Assembly: GCF_004010195.1 (NCBI RefSeq)
Contig: NC_057720.1
Coordinates: 25,769,159 to 25,831,940 of the forward strand
Direction of reading: 5' to 3'
From: Chiloscyllium plagiosum
Taxonomy: Eukaryota
Length of the DNA stretch: 62,782 nt
Each line of letters begins with the position of its first letter. Position 1 is the first letter of the stretch. Under the pieces are notes generated by a model. It saw only the letters and a program-made list of their open reading frames with translations. It did not search any database and had not been told where the DNA came from. The position numbers and the translations under genes were made by a program. Of this stretch, positions 13,407-24,571 are shown one piece after another.

Positions 13407-13700
13407 TGAGGACCTAGTGGCATTATGGCTAGATTATTAATCTGGGGAATCTCCAGGTAATGTTCTGGGGACCCAGGTTTAAATCCCACTGTGACAGATG
13501 GTGGCATTTGAATTCGATAAAAGTCTGGAATTAAGAATGTAATAATGAACATGAAACCATTGTCGAAAAGAACCCATCTGGTTCACAAATGCTCTTTCGG
13601 GTAGGATACTGTATATGGCTCCAGAAACGCAGCAATGTGGTTGACTCTTAACCGCTCTCTGAACAATTAGGGATGGGCAATAAATGCTGAGCCAGTGACT
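13407..13700 (+). mobile_element. tRNA-derived SINE with family-B LINE tail
   Basis: A/B-box-like tagtggcattatgg and ggtttaaatccc. Tail caattagggatgggcaataaatgctg matches family-B LINE ends. A second copy lies at 62565-62782. Confidence 0.75.
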
Positions 13701-14086
13701 GAAAGAAAGCTGGTATACAGTAATGGAGCTGTAGTGTTGGAGAAGCAAACGGGGGCGGGAGTCACCTTAAATCTTTGTGTTATGCATGATTTCATAAATC
13801 GCAATCATACATTATTTCATAAGTGCCCACCACTTAATGTTCCAAAGTGGAGCTAAAGAAATATGCTGTGCATCTTTAATGGTAATAGTATCACATTGTG
13901 ATATGTTACTGTTGTAGAGGGCTGTCATTCGCCCATGAATGCTTGCAAAAGTCTGTTTAATGGTCACAGTTTTGCAGAAATCAGAATGAAAAAGCCTAAC
14001 ACACTTACATTGGTTAGGATAGCTGGAGTATGTTGTCTCACTGCCACAAGGTGGAAGTGACATACACAGCACTTCCTTATAAATAT

Positions 14087-14677
14087 AATTAAAATAAAAG
14101 AATATAATCAATATAAAAAGAAGTTTTTAAAGAAATAATATGCCCAAAATTCCCTTCCAACTATATTTTAAACCAGTGGAGAAACTTATACCTTAATGGG
14201 ACATTACTGTCATTCTGAAAAGAAAGCATCAAATGACAAAGTGAACTATACAAATACAACTTGAAAATTATTCATCATTACTTACTGTATCATCATCATC
14301 TGTGATAGTCACACATTTATATTTAGGTTGGGTTTGATAGACTCCATGGGAGACTTGGTTGTTTGTAAACATTAACTTAAAAGAAAATTAAAATAAAAGA
14401 ATATAATCAATATCGAAAGATATTTTTAAAGAAATAATATGCACAAAATTCCCTTCCAACTATATTTTAAACCAGTGGAGAAACTTATACCTTAATGGTA
14501 CATTACTGTCATTCTGAAAAGAAAGCATCAAATGACAAAGTGAACTACACAAATACAACTTGAAAATCATTCATCATTACTTACTGTATCATCATCATCT
14601 GTGATAGTCACACATTTATATTTAGGTTGGGTTTGATAGACTCCATGGGTGACTTGGTTGTTTGTAAACATTAACTT
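14087..14677. repeat. Direct tandem duplication, two 292-bp copies (period 299)
   Basis: 14087-14378 versus 14386-14677, 9 substitutions counted by eye, 7-bp A-rich spacer. Confidence 0.97.
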
Positions 14678-14781
14678 TGATTGAATATTGTCTTCAAACA
14701 ATTAATAGGACAGCACTTTACACACAGCCATTTCCCAATAGTTCTTAGCCATGTGCTCTTACATTGTTGATGATGTAGACT

Positions 14782-15812
14782 AAACAAAAACAAAGAGCTG
14801 TGGATGCTGGAAATCAGAAACTGAAACGGAAATTGCTTCACTCAACCTAGAATACCATGTCCTCTGCTCACAATGTGGTCTCCTCTACACCAGGGAGACG
14901 AAGGGTAGACTTGGTGACCTTTTTGCAGAAGACAAAAAATGATCCGGACCTTCTGGTTGCCTGCCATTTTGACACCCCTCTGTGTTCCTTGACCAACATC
15001 TCTGTCTTGGGATTGCTGCAGTGCTCCAGCGAAGCTCAGCACAAGCTGAAAGAATAAAGTTTCCTTTTCTGCTCGTGGATGCTACAGTCATCAGGACTCA
15101 ATGTTAAATTCAATAATTTTAGGGCCTGAATACCTTCTCCATGGCCTTACGTCAACTCCCACACGCCAAGTCTTGTCATCATATAAGCTAATACCGTAAA
15201 CAACCCATTATCAGCTACAAACGGTCTCAGAAAGCAGCCATTCATTTTTCCAGGCTGATATTTACTCACTCCTGTGCCTGCCCAATTGCTTTTCTCCCTC
15301 TTTGGGTTCTATCTCCATCTATCATTTAGTCCTTCACCTTACCCCCATTTCTTCTCTAGCATATAGCTACCATGAAATCTGCAGAAGTGTCATAGAATCC
15401 CTGTAGTGTGGAAACAGGCCACTTGGCTCAACAAGTCCTCACTGACCCTGTGAAGAGTTTCCCACCCAGACCCATTCTCCTCCCCTTTTGCTCTACATTT
15501 CCCATGACTAATGCATCTGACCTGTACATCCCTGAACACAATGGCAATTTAAGCATGGCCAATTCACCAAACCTGCACATCTTTGGACTGTGGGAGGAAA
15601 TCGGAATACCCGAAGGAAACCCACAAAAACATGGGGAGAATGTGCAAACTCCTCACAGTCACCCAAAGTTGGAATTGAACCTGGGTTACTGACTCTGTGA
15701 GGCAGCAGTGCTAACCACTGAGCCATCATGCTACCCATAGTCACTGGACCTGAAACATTAACTCTGTTTTCTCTGATACCTGATGTGCTGATTTCTTTCC
15801 AGTAATTTCTGA
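14782..15812 (+). mobile_element. Old PLE: inverted terminal-repeat piece, GIY-YIG relic and terminal repeat
   Basis: CSQCGLLYTRETK, LLVACHFDTPLCSLTNISVLGLLQC. Terminal-repeat motifs at 14782-14840 and 15740-15812. Confidence 0.7.
15391..15736 (-). mobile_element. HE1-type SINE inserted in the PLE terminal repeat
   Basis: catagaatccctgtagtgtggaaacaggcc tail, V-domain and gcagcagtgctaaccactgagcc head. Confidence 0.88.
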
Positions 15813-16059
15813 TGCTATAGAATACTTTATTTACATATTTGATTTTATCCCTTTCCATTGCACTCACTACTGTATGAAACGGAATAAGAAGACAAGTTTT
15901 TGTAGTTGATGCCAGCTAATTGCACTGGGTTATGATGCCATCAAAGATTTGACCTTGGTCTCCGAGGAGCACCCACCATTAAATTGATTATCACCAAAGT
16001 GTGAGAATGGCAAAAAAGGTGCCACTAAAATACTGTCATAATGTGTAAAACTTGTGTTC

Positions 16060-16210
16060 CTATTCTGTCGCAATAAATCCAACATCCCAATATATTCTGT
16101 ATTTTAAACAGTGACGACAACACAGTTCAAAAGTCCTTCAATGAATGTAAAGCAAGTTGGAAAACCTTGAGATTATGGAAAGCTCTGTAGAACTGCAAGT
16201 CTTTCTTTGT
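16060..16210 (+). mobile_element. L2 / Deu-SINE-type 3' tail relic
   Basis: aacagtgac...ttcaaaagtccttcaatgaatgtaaagc...tgcaagtctttcttt. Reverse-complement homologs at about 59590 and 37170. Confidence 0.5.
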
Positions 16211-17125
16211 TTTCTTTCAAATTGGAATTGCATGTTTTTTTGTGCAGGAGCACAACTTTTAGAATAAGGCATACTTTAGTTAATCCTATACCTACCTAAG
16301 ATCATGATCAAATTAATATCCTTACCACTAACATCGTATCAGACACTGCTTAATTCAATAAATTTGCATTCTTACAGTGAATACCTGTACATTTTAACAT
16401 GGAAACATGTGGCATTTGGGCTACGGAGAAGCAAAAGAAAGTTAATTGCATCTTACTAATTCTGTTTTCTGTTTACAATCTTCCCCCTCAATTTGTCTTC
16501 TCCATCCACTCTCTCCCCCGTGCCTCATCAGATGAGGTACCATTTATGTTTGTTGGCGATTTATCTTCACATGTACTTCCAGCAGTGACCATTAGAGAAT
16601 CCTGGCCATGATTCCAGCCCACAACAGGAAACATGCAGATCGCATGTCATCACTCCAACTCTAAGTTGATCCTTTCTAATGATGTCAAAAGTTCTGTATT
16701 CACATTTTAGCTTCTCATATCAAAATAATTTAAATTCAAAACCTGTTACTGTCAAAGTTCCATTACAATGGCAACAAATTTTCAACAACAAATGATAAAA
16801 CTGCTTTGGAATTTATGTTCTAACTCAGTTAATTCAATCACACACAGCCTCATGCAATCTGCCAGAATACGTTTCTGCTACCTCAAGCAGCAACTGGAAT
16901 AATAATGAGTTAGATGGTCATTTAGAACATTGTGCTTTCACAAATGGAATTGTAGTCCTATTCTTGTTATAGAAAATGTGAAGATTTCTTCTCCCTAAAA
17001 GCACTCAAGTCCCAGACAATTGCCATCTCCGGCAAGAGAGAATCTAACAGCATTGCAACACTGAATACCCCCCCATCAACATCCTGGGGATATGTTAACC
17101 AGAAGCTGAACTGGACCAGCCAACT

Positions 17126-17412
17126 GGATGAGACAATGGCTCAGTGATTAGCACTGCTGTCTCACGACGCCAAAGACTCAGGTTTGATTCCAGTCTTGGG
17201 TGACTGTCTTTCCTCCCATAGTCTGAAGATATGCAGGTTAAATGGATTGCATGGTAAGTTGTCTGTAGCCCAGGGATGTGCAGGCTAGATGAATTAACTA
17301 TGGTAAATACGGGCTTATGGGAATAGTGTAAGGTCTAGGTAGGATGCTCTTCAGAGGGTTGGTATGAATTCGGTGGACTGAATGGCCTCTTTCTGCATTA
17401 TAGGGATTTTAT
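17126..17412 (+). mobile_element. HE1-type SINE, internally deleted
   Basis: tggctcagtgattagcactgct, ggtttgattcc, ttcctcccatagtc and tagggatttt tail. Confidence 0.8.
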
Positions 17413-17532
17413 ATAAGACTGCAAGAGCAGATCGAAGAATGGGAATTCAATGATGAATAACTCACCTCCTAATCCCTCAAAGTCTCATCCCAGCATTTAC
17501 AAGGCATAAGTGAGGAAGGTGATGGAATACAT

Positions 17533-17910
17533 TTTGAGGTTTACAAAATCATGAAGGGTATAGACAGGGTGGATAGAGGCAAGCTTTTTCCCAGGGTGAA
17601 GGATTCAATAATGAGAGGTCATGCTTTCAAGGCGAGAGGTGGAAAGTTTAAGGGGGATACATGCAGCAAGTACTTCACACAGAGGGTGGTGAGTATTTGG
17701 AACACGTTGCCAGCAGAGGTGGTAGAGGCAAGCACGGTAGATTTATCTAAGATGTGTCTGGACAGAGATGCATGAGTAGGTGGGGAGCAGAGGGATACAG
17801 ATGCTTAGGAGTTGACCAACAAGATTAGACAGTCCATTTGGAACAGCTCAGCCTTGGAGGGCCGAAGGGCCTGTTCCTGGGCTGTAAATTTTCTTTGTTC
17901 TTTGTTCTCT
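17533..17910 (+). mobile_element. CR1 3' end
   Basis: MKGIDRVDRGKLFP...RGHAFK...FTQRVVSIWNTLP, (ctttgtt)n tail. Confidence 0.9.
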
Positions 17911-18237
17911 TTACCTGGCTGAGTACAGTTTTAACAACACTCAAGAAAACTGACACCATCCAGAACAAAGCACCTCACTTGACTGACCATCATTGCAGAG
18001 TAACAATCTGCTTTATGTCTGTGTCTTTTTTCTACTAATATCATTGCTGTTGGATTGAATGAGTGCGTGGTTGGCACTTCAGAATGATCCAGTTTGCAAA
18101 ACTGATATGAACCAATGCCAGCCACAAGGTGCCTGCCATATTTCACCAAGGATCATTTGACAGTATCTTCTAACTCCATGACCTATATCTCCCAGAAGGT
18201 CAAGGAGTAGGAGGTGCATGGGAACACGACCAATGTC

Positions 18238-20422
18238 AAAGAATAAAGAACAAAGAAAATTTACAGCCCAGAAACAGGCCCTTCGGCCCTCCAAACCTGA
18301 GCCGGCCCAAATATACTGCCTAAACCTGTCGGTCAATTCCTAAGCATTTGTATCCCTCTGCTCCCCACCTACTCATGCATCTGTCCAGATGCATCTTAAG
18401 TGAATCTACCATGCCTGTCTCTACCACCTCTGCTGGCAACGCATTCCAATCGCCCACCACCCTCTGTACCCTCGTCGGACTATTGACATACTGCTCTAGA
18501 AAACTCTCCTGGACGGTTCGTATAAATTCTACCCCATCCAGACCTCTGATGCCAAGTGTATCCCAGTCAATGTTGGGAAAATTAAAATCTCCCATCACCC
18601 TTACCCTATTGCCTCTACATCTATGCATAATCTGTTTACCTATTTGTTCTTCTACATCACACTCACTGTTGGGAGGTCTGTAATACAGCCCAACAATGTA
18701 ACTGCACCTTCTTATTTCTCAGCTCCACTCATAATTCCTCACTACCCAAGACCTCCATAGTGTCCTCCTTCAGGACAGCCGTGCTATCGTCCCTGACCAA
18801 CAATGCAACTCCACCCCCTCTTTTACTTCCTTCCCTGTCCTCTCTGAAGCGTCTATCTCTTGGAACGTTTCGTTGCCAATTATCATGCCCTTCCTTCAAC
18901 CAAGTCTCTGTGATAGCAATAATGTCATACTCCCAGGCACCAATCCAAGCCCTAAGTTCATCTGCCTTACACACTATACTCCTTGCATTAAAGTAGATAC
19001 ATTTCAGGCCACCAGTTCTTTTGTGTTCACCTGCTCTCTGCCTATTCTTCTCTTTATTAATGTTATCTTTATAATTCTTGCAGTCTCCAGTCTCCACCTC
19101 GCTGCCTACTTATTTTCTCTTCTGGTTCCCAGCCCCCTGCCACATTAGTTTAAAACGTCCCCAACAGCAGAAGCAAAAACTCCCCCAACGACATCGGTTC
19201 CGGTCTGGTTCAGGTGTAGACCGTCCATTTTATAATAGTCCCACCTTCCCCAGAACCGGTCCCAATGTCCAACAAATCTGAACCCCTCCCTCCTACACCA
19301 TCTCTCAAGCCATGTGTTCATCCTGCCGATTTTTCCATTCCTACGTGGCTAGCATGTGGCAGTGATAGTAATCCTGAGATCACTACCTTTGAGGTCCTTC
19401 CCTTTAATTCCTCTCCTAGCTCCCTGAATTCTTATTTCAGGATGTCATCTTATTTTCTACTTATATCGTTGGTGCCTATATGCACCAAGACAACTGGCTG
19501 TTCACTGTCCCCTTTTAGAATGCTTTGCAGCTGATCAGTGACATCCCTGACCCGAGCACCTGGGAGGCAACATACCATCCAGGAGTCCTGTATTTGGCCA
19601 CAGAACTGCCTATCTACTCCCCTCACAATAGAATCCCCTATGACTATGGCCCTACGAGTCTTTTTCCCGCCCTTCTGAACAGCAGTGCCCGCTACGGTGC
19701 CATGATCTTGACAACTGCTGCCCTCCACTGGTTAACCATCTTCCCCAATAGTATCCAAAGTGTATACCTGAGTTTTGAGGGAGATAACTGCAGGGGACAC
19801 CTGCACTGCCTTCCTATATTTTTTCTGTCTTTTGGTCACCCATTCACTGTCTCCTTCAGCAATCCTAACCTGCGGTGTGACCAGTTCACTAAACATGCTA
19901 TCCACGACTCCTCAGCATCACGGATGCTCCACAGTGAGTCCAACCGCAGCTCCAGAGCCGTCATGCGGTCAAACAACAGCTGCAGCTGGACACACTTTTT
20001 GCAAATGGAAGAGTCAGGAATGTCAGACACGTTCCTAAGCTCCCACATCAAGCAATAATCACATGCCACGCATCTGATGTCTCCTGCCATTGTAAACTTA
20101 GCTTTATATGAACTAACTAAACCCAAACAATGCACTTAAATAAATGAAAAAGAAAGATAAGAAATAAAAGCCTTACCTTACAGAGTCTTTCTCTTCCAGT
20201 TAGGGAGATACTACACGTGTAGTATCTTGGGTTTAGTCACTGCCCAAATATAAATTAAGCCCTTACCTTCCCAGCAGCCCTCACTTCACTTCACTTTCAC
20301 TCCTCACCACTCTGGCAAAATGGAGGCCCAACTCCCGAGGTAAGTCCCTTTTTATGTAGGAAAACTTACCCTTCCTGGCAGCCCTCTTTTCACTTGTCCT
20401 TCTCTCCTTGCCGCTTTGGCAA
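18238..20422 (-). mobile_element. CR1 with 5' UTR, ORF1, partial endonuclease and 3' end; RT deleted
   Basis: ORF1 Zn-finger MAGDIRCVACDYCLMWE...ICKKC, esterase motifs VIGDSIVR and VHIGTND, APE motifs YFNARS, IAITETW and MGDFNFP. Endonuclease joined directly to QRVVGDWNALP at about 18468. Confidence 0.9.
19149..20090 (-). pseudogene. CR1 ORF1 (zinc finger plus SGNH/GDSL esterase), disrupted
   Basis: ORFs 19836..20135 and 19450..19728 carry CxxC motifs, GDS and GTND. Broken by stops and frameshifts. Confidence 0.88.
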
Positions 20423-20591
20423 AATGTCCTTTCTGGGATATTCATCATCCTGACTTGGAGCTATATTACCATTCCTTCATTCCACTGGTGAAAAATTCCC
20501 TCCTTCTGTGGTCCACCTGCAGCAGTTCAAGAAATGTGCCCACCACACCTTCGCAAGGGCAGATAGGGCTGGTCAAAAAGTCCTGAGTGAG

Positions 20592-21175
20592 AGATAAAAA
20601 AAAACTGCAGGTGCTGGAATCAAAAGTAGACAGGCATGGGACTTGAAGAATACAGCAAGCCAGGCACCATCAGGAGCTGGAGAAGTCAATGTTTCAGGTG
20701 TAACCCTTCTTCAGGACTGGGGGATGGGTGTAGGGGAGTTTCAGATAAAGAGGGTGGTGGGGGCAGGGTGTTGAAGTGGGGATAGGTGAAGACAGTTCGG
20801 GGGTACAATCTGGTTGGTCAATGAATCTGATTGTGGCAGGGAAGAGTAGAGGGGGTGGGGGGATGCTGGGAAGGGATTCAGGGGATTGGAAGGGAGGTTA
20901 TTTGAAATTGGAGAACTCAACGTTCAGTCCTCTGGGCTGTAGGCTGCCCAGGTGGAAGATGAGGTGTTGCTCCTCTAACTTGTAGTTTGGTTCATTGTGG
21001 CAATGGAAGATGCAAAGGATGGTCATGTCGGAAAGGGAATAGGAATGGGAATTAAAATGGGCGGGGACAGGGAGGTCTGGACAGCCCCTGAGCACCTGGC
21101 TGTGATGCTCAGTGAAATTTGCCCTATGTTTACATTTGGTCTCTCTGCTGTAGAGAAGACCACATCAGGAGCAAG
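20592..21175 (-). mobile_element. PLE fragment: GIY-YIG C-terminus and terminal repeat
   Basis: PDLPVPAHFNSHSYSLSDMTIL...KLEEQHLIFHLGSLQPRGLNVEF (ORF 20898..21095), homologous to 11804..11998. Confidence 0.88.
20684..20718 (-). ncRNA. Minimal type I hammerhead ribozyme motif
   Basis: AGUC-CUGAAGA-AGGGUUACACCU-GAAA-CA-UU-GACU: both core boxes, stem I AGUC/GACU and a short stem II, within a PLE terminal repeat. Confidence 0.65.
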
Positions 21176-21700
21176 GTGATGGATGGAGTGCCAATTAAAT
21201 GAACTGCTTCTTCCTGGATGGTGTGGAGATTCTTGAGTATTGTTGGAACTGCAATCATCTAAAATAGTGGAGAGCATTTCATCATTCTCTGACTTGTAAC
21301 TTCTACATGGTGATCAGACTTTGTGGATCAGAAGTTACTTGCCACTGAATTTTGTAGTCATAATATTTACATAGTTGGGGTAATTCTGTTTCTGCTCCAT
21401 ATTAATGATTACAATGTAGTTGGTGGAAATGCCAACAGGATTCAACGGCATTGATCATCAACTGGAGATAGTTAGATTCTCTCTTGTTAGACACTGTCAT
21501 TTCCTGGCCCTTATATGGTGCAAGTCTTGCTTGCCACTTTTCAGTCCGAATCTTCATGATTTGTAAGTGTTGCTAAATCTGATTTTTTGAGTATTTGAGG
21601 ACTCATTGAATGGTACTGAACATTACGTAATCATCACTGAACATTATCAATTCTATACTTCTGATGGGAAAAGATCAGCATGACTGTGCACTAATTGGCA
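21176..21700 (-). mobile_element. LINE family B, old fragment
   Basis: ttcttgagtattgttggaactgc is the reverse complement of the family-B gcagctccaacaacactcaagaa motif. Confidence 0.6.
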
Positions 21701-21989
21701 TATTATACCTTCTTCTTATCTCAAGGCCTCCACTACATTTGCCCCTGACACTGAGAGTCAGTATTAACTATTGTATTAGCTTGACATCGAAAGCTGCAAT
21801 CTATTATTAAGGTCATCCTAATCATGCACCTAGAAAATCATAGTGTTACCAGAAAGAAGCAAAATTTTTTTTTGAAAGGAAATTTGTACTAAATAAATTA
21901 TTAAAGTTTTTTGAGGATAGAACTAGTAGGGAAGAGTAAGAAGAGGCAGAAAATATGCGAGACATGGATTTCCAAAAGATATTCAATTA

Positions 21990-22700
21990 TCTCTCACCAG
22001 CTGTCCCTCAGTTTGAGGACAACCATCTACGCAGGATTGCTTATTTCTGCAAAGGGTGTTCATGTGCATGATCTGCAGATCTTTGAGCATATCAGGCAGT
22101 ACGTCTCACAAAATGCAGGAACCAGAAATGCAGGATTCTCTTCCCTTTCTTGGTTCTCATTGCTGCTCTGCCTCATCATTAAGGCACTGGGGCTCAAAGC
22201 ATGAGGCAGCTTGATGGACATCATTTTTACCTCCTCGCAGTCATGAAGAACAATGCTGCCATGACTCATTGTTGTCCCCTGGAATGTAGCCATTTGAGAG
22301 TTGAGAGAACAAGATCTAGCTGGAGGACTCTGACTTTGCAGAGATTTTGTTTGTTGACTCATGGACCTAGTTTCAAGAAGAACAATAGAATTTGTCCTCC
22401 CATTCAATCTGGGTATTGCTGATGAAAGTTCTCTAGCACTCTAATATGTCACTGATACACAGCCCAAGTCACACACTGCAGTATCACAGCATGATGGCAG
22501 CAATTGCTTTGTATACCTTTGTGACCTGTGGAGATATTTGTTTTCCAACAGGCACTTTCATAGTTTTTAGAAGGTGGAGTAGGTTGCTTACTCTATGTCG
22601 GATCTTCTTCCCAATAGTGGCCTTTTGAGAGAGGTAGCTATCAAGGTATGGGAAATGTTTAACATATGCCAGATTCTCTCCTTCAAAATATACCAGACAC
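21990..22700 (-). mobile_element. RTE-clade LINE 3' relic
   Basis: VKHFPYLDSYLSQKATI...IRHRV, TKVYKA, GRTNSIVL and C-terminal CLICSKICRS resemble RTE ORF C-termini. Confidence 0.6.
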
Positions 22701-22761
22701 ATAATTTTTGGCTAACCAGTTAAATAGAAACAAAATACCGTAAATGTTGGACATCTGAAAT

Positions 22762-23261
22762 NNNNNNNNNNNNNNNNNNNNNNNNNNNNNNNNNNNNNNN
22801 NNNNNNNNNNNNNNNNNNNNNNNNNNNNNNNNNNNNNNNNNNNNNNNNNNNNNNNNNNNNNNNNNNNNNNNNNNNNNNNNNNNNNNNNNNNNNNNNNNNN
22901 NNNNNNNNNNNNNNNNNNNNNNNNNNNNNNNNNNNNNNNNNNNNNNNNNNNNNNNNNNNNNNNNNNNNNNNNNNNNNNNNNNNNNNNNNNNNNNNNNNNN
23001 NNNNNNNNNNNNNNNNNNNNNNNNNNNNNNNNNNNNNNNNNNNNNNNNNNNNNNNNNNNNNNNNNNNNNNNNNNNNNNNNNNNNNNNNNNNNNNNNNNNN
23101 NNNNNNNNNNNNNNNNNNNNNNNNNNNNNNNNNNNNNNNNNNNNNNNNNNNNNNNNNNNNNNNNNNNNNNNNNNNNNNNNNNNNNNNNNNNNNNNNNNNN
23201 NNNNNNNNNNNNNNNNNNNNNNNNNNNNNNNNNNNNNNNNNNNNNNNNNNNNNNNNNNNNN
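22762..23261. other. Assembly gap (500 N)
   Basis: Run of N. Confidence 1.
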
Positions 23262-23351
23262 TGCTGTCGAGGGTCTGAATTCTAATCCAATTTTTAGAAA
23301 AAGGACATGAGGTTTCAGGTTCTTTGATGCTATTTCAGTGAGTTAGGCATT

Positions 23352-24571
23352 GGTCCTTAGCAGAGGCATTGGTTGAGATCTTTCAAAAGTCACTGGAGTC
23401 AGGGAAAGTCCCGGATGATTTGAAGATTGCTGTTGTAACCCCCTTGTTCAAGAAAGGATCAAGACAAAAGATGGAAAATTTAGGCCAATTAGTCTAACCT
23501 CTGTGGTTGGTAAAATTCTAGAATCCATCATTAAGGATGAGGTTTCTAAATTCTTGGAAGAGCAGGGTCGAATTAGAACAAGTCAACGTGGATTTAGTAA
23601 GGGGAGGTCATGCCTGACAAACCTGTTGGAATTCCTTGAAGAGGTGACAAGTAGGTTAGACCAGGGAAACCCAGTGGATGTGGTCTATCTAGACTTCCAA
23701 AAGGCCTTTGATAAGGTGCCACACGGGAGGCTGCTGAGTAAGGTGAGGGCCCATAGTGTTTGAGGTGAGCTACTGGTATGGATTGAGGATTGGCTGTCTG
23801 ACAGAAGGCAGAGAGTTGGGATAAAAGGTTCTTTTTCGGTGATGGAATTCAATGTGAGCAAATGCGAGGTCTTGCACTTTGGAAAAAAGAATACAAGCAT
23901 GGACTACTTTCTAAACGATGAGAAAATTCATAAAGCCAAAGTGCAAAGGGATCTGGGAGTGCTAGTCGAGGACTCTCTAAAGGTAAACATGCAGGTTGAG
24001 TCCGTGATTAAGAAAGCGAATGCAATGTTGTCATTTATCTCAGGAAGGTTGGAATATAAATGCACCGTTGTGCTACTGAGACTTTATAAAGCTCTGGTTA
24101 GGCCCCATTTGACATCTCAGGAAGGACATACTGGCACTGGAGCGTGTCCAGCGGAGATTCACACGGATGATCCCTTGACTGGTAGGTCTAACATATGAGG
24201 AATGGCTGAGGATCCTGGGATTGTATTCATTGGAGTTTAGAAGACTAAGGGGAGATCTAATAGAAGATAATACATGGCTTGGAAAGGGTGGACGCTAGGA
24301 AATTGTTTCTGTTAAGTGAGGAGACTAGGACCCGTGGACACAGCCTTAGAATTAGAGGGGGTAAATTCAGAACAGAAATGCAGAGACATTTCTTCAGCCA
24401 GAGAGTGGTGGGCCTGTGGAATTCATTGCCCTGGAGTGCAGTGGAGGCCGGGACGCTAAATGTCTTCAAGGCAGAGATTGATAAATTCTTGATGTCACAA
24501 GGAATTAAGGGTACGGGGAGAATGCTGGTAAGTGGAGTTGAAATGCCCATCAGCCATGATTGAATGGCGGA
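23352..24571 (+). mobile_element. CR1 RT and 3' end with internal deletions
   Basis: RSCLTNLLEFLEEVT...VDVVYLDFQKAFDKVPH, MEFNVSKCEVLHFG, FFSQRVVGLWNSLP and (tcttatgg)n tail. Confidence 0.92.

Larger units (their letters stand above)
17000..20580 (+). mobile_element. LINE family B 3' part hosting three later insertions
   Basis: Collinear host pieces at about 17000-17125, 17413-17532, 17911-18237 and 20429-20580. Confidence 0.75.

Noticed and set aside
19525..20058. 177-aa plus-strand ORF
   Set aside because: Antisense shadow of CR1 ORF1.
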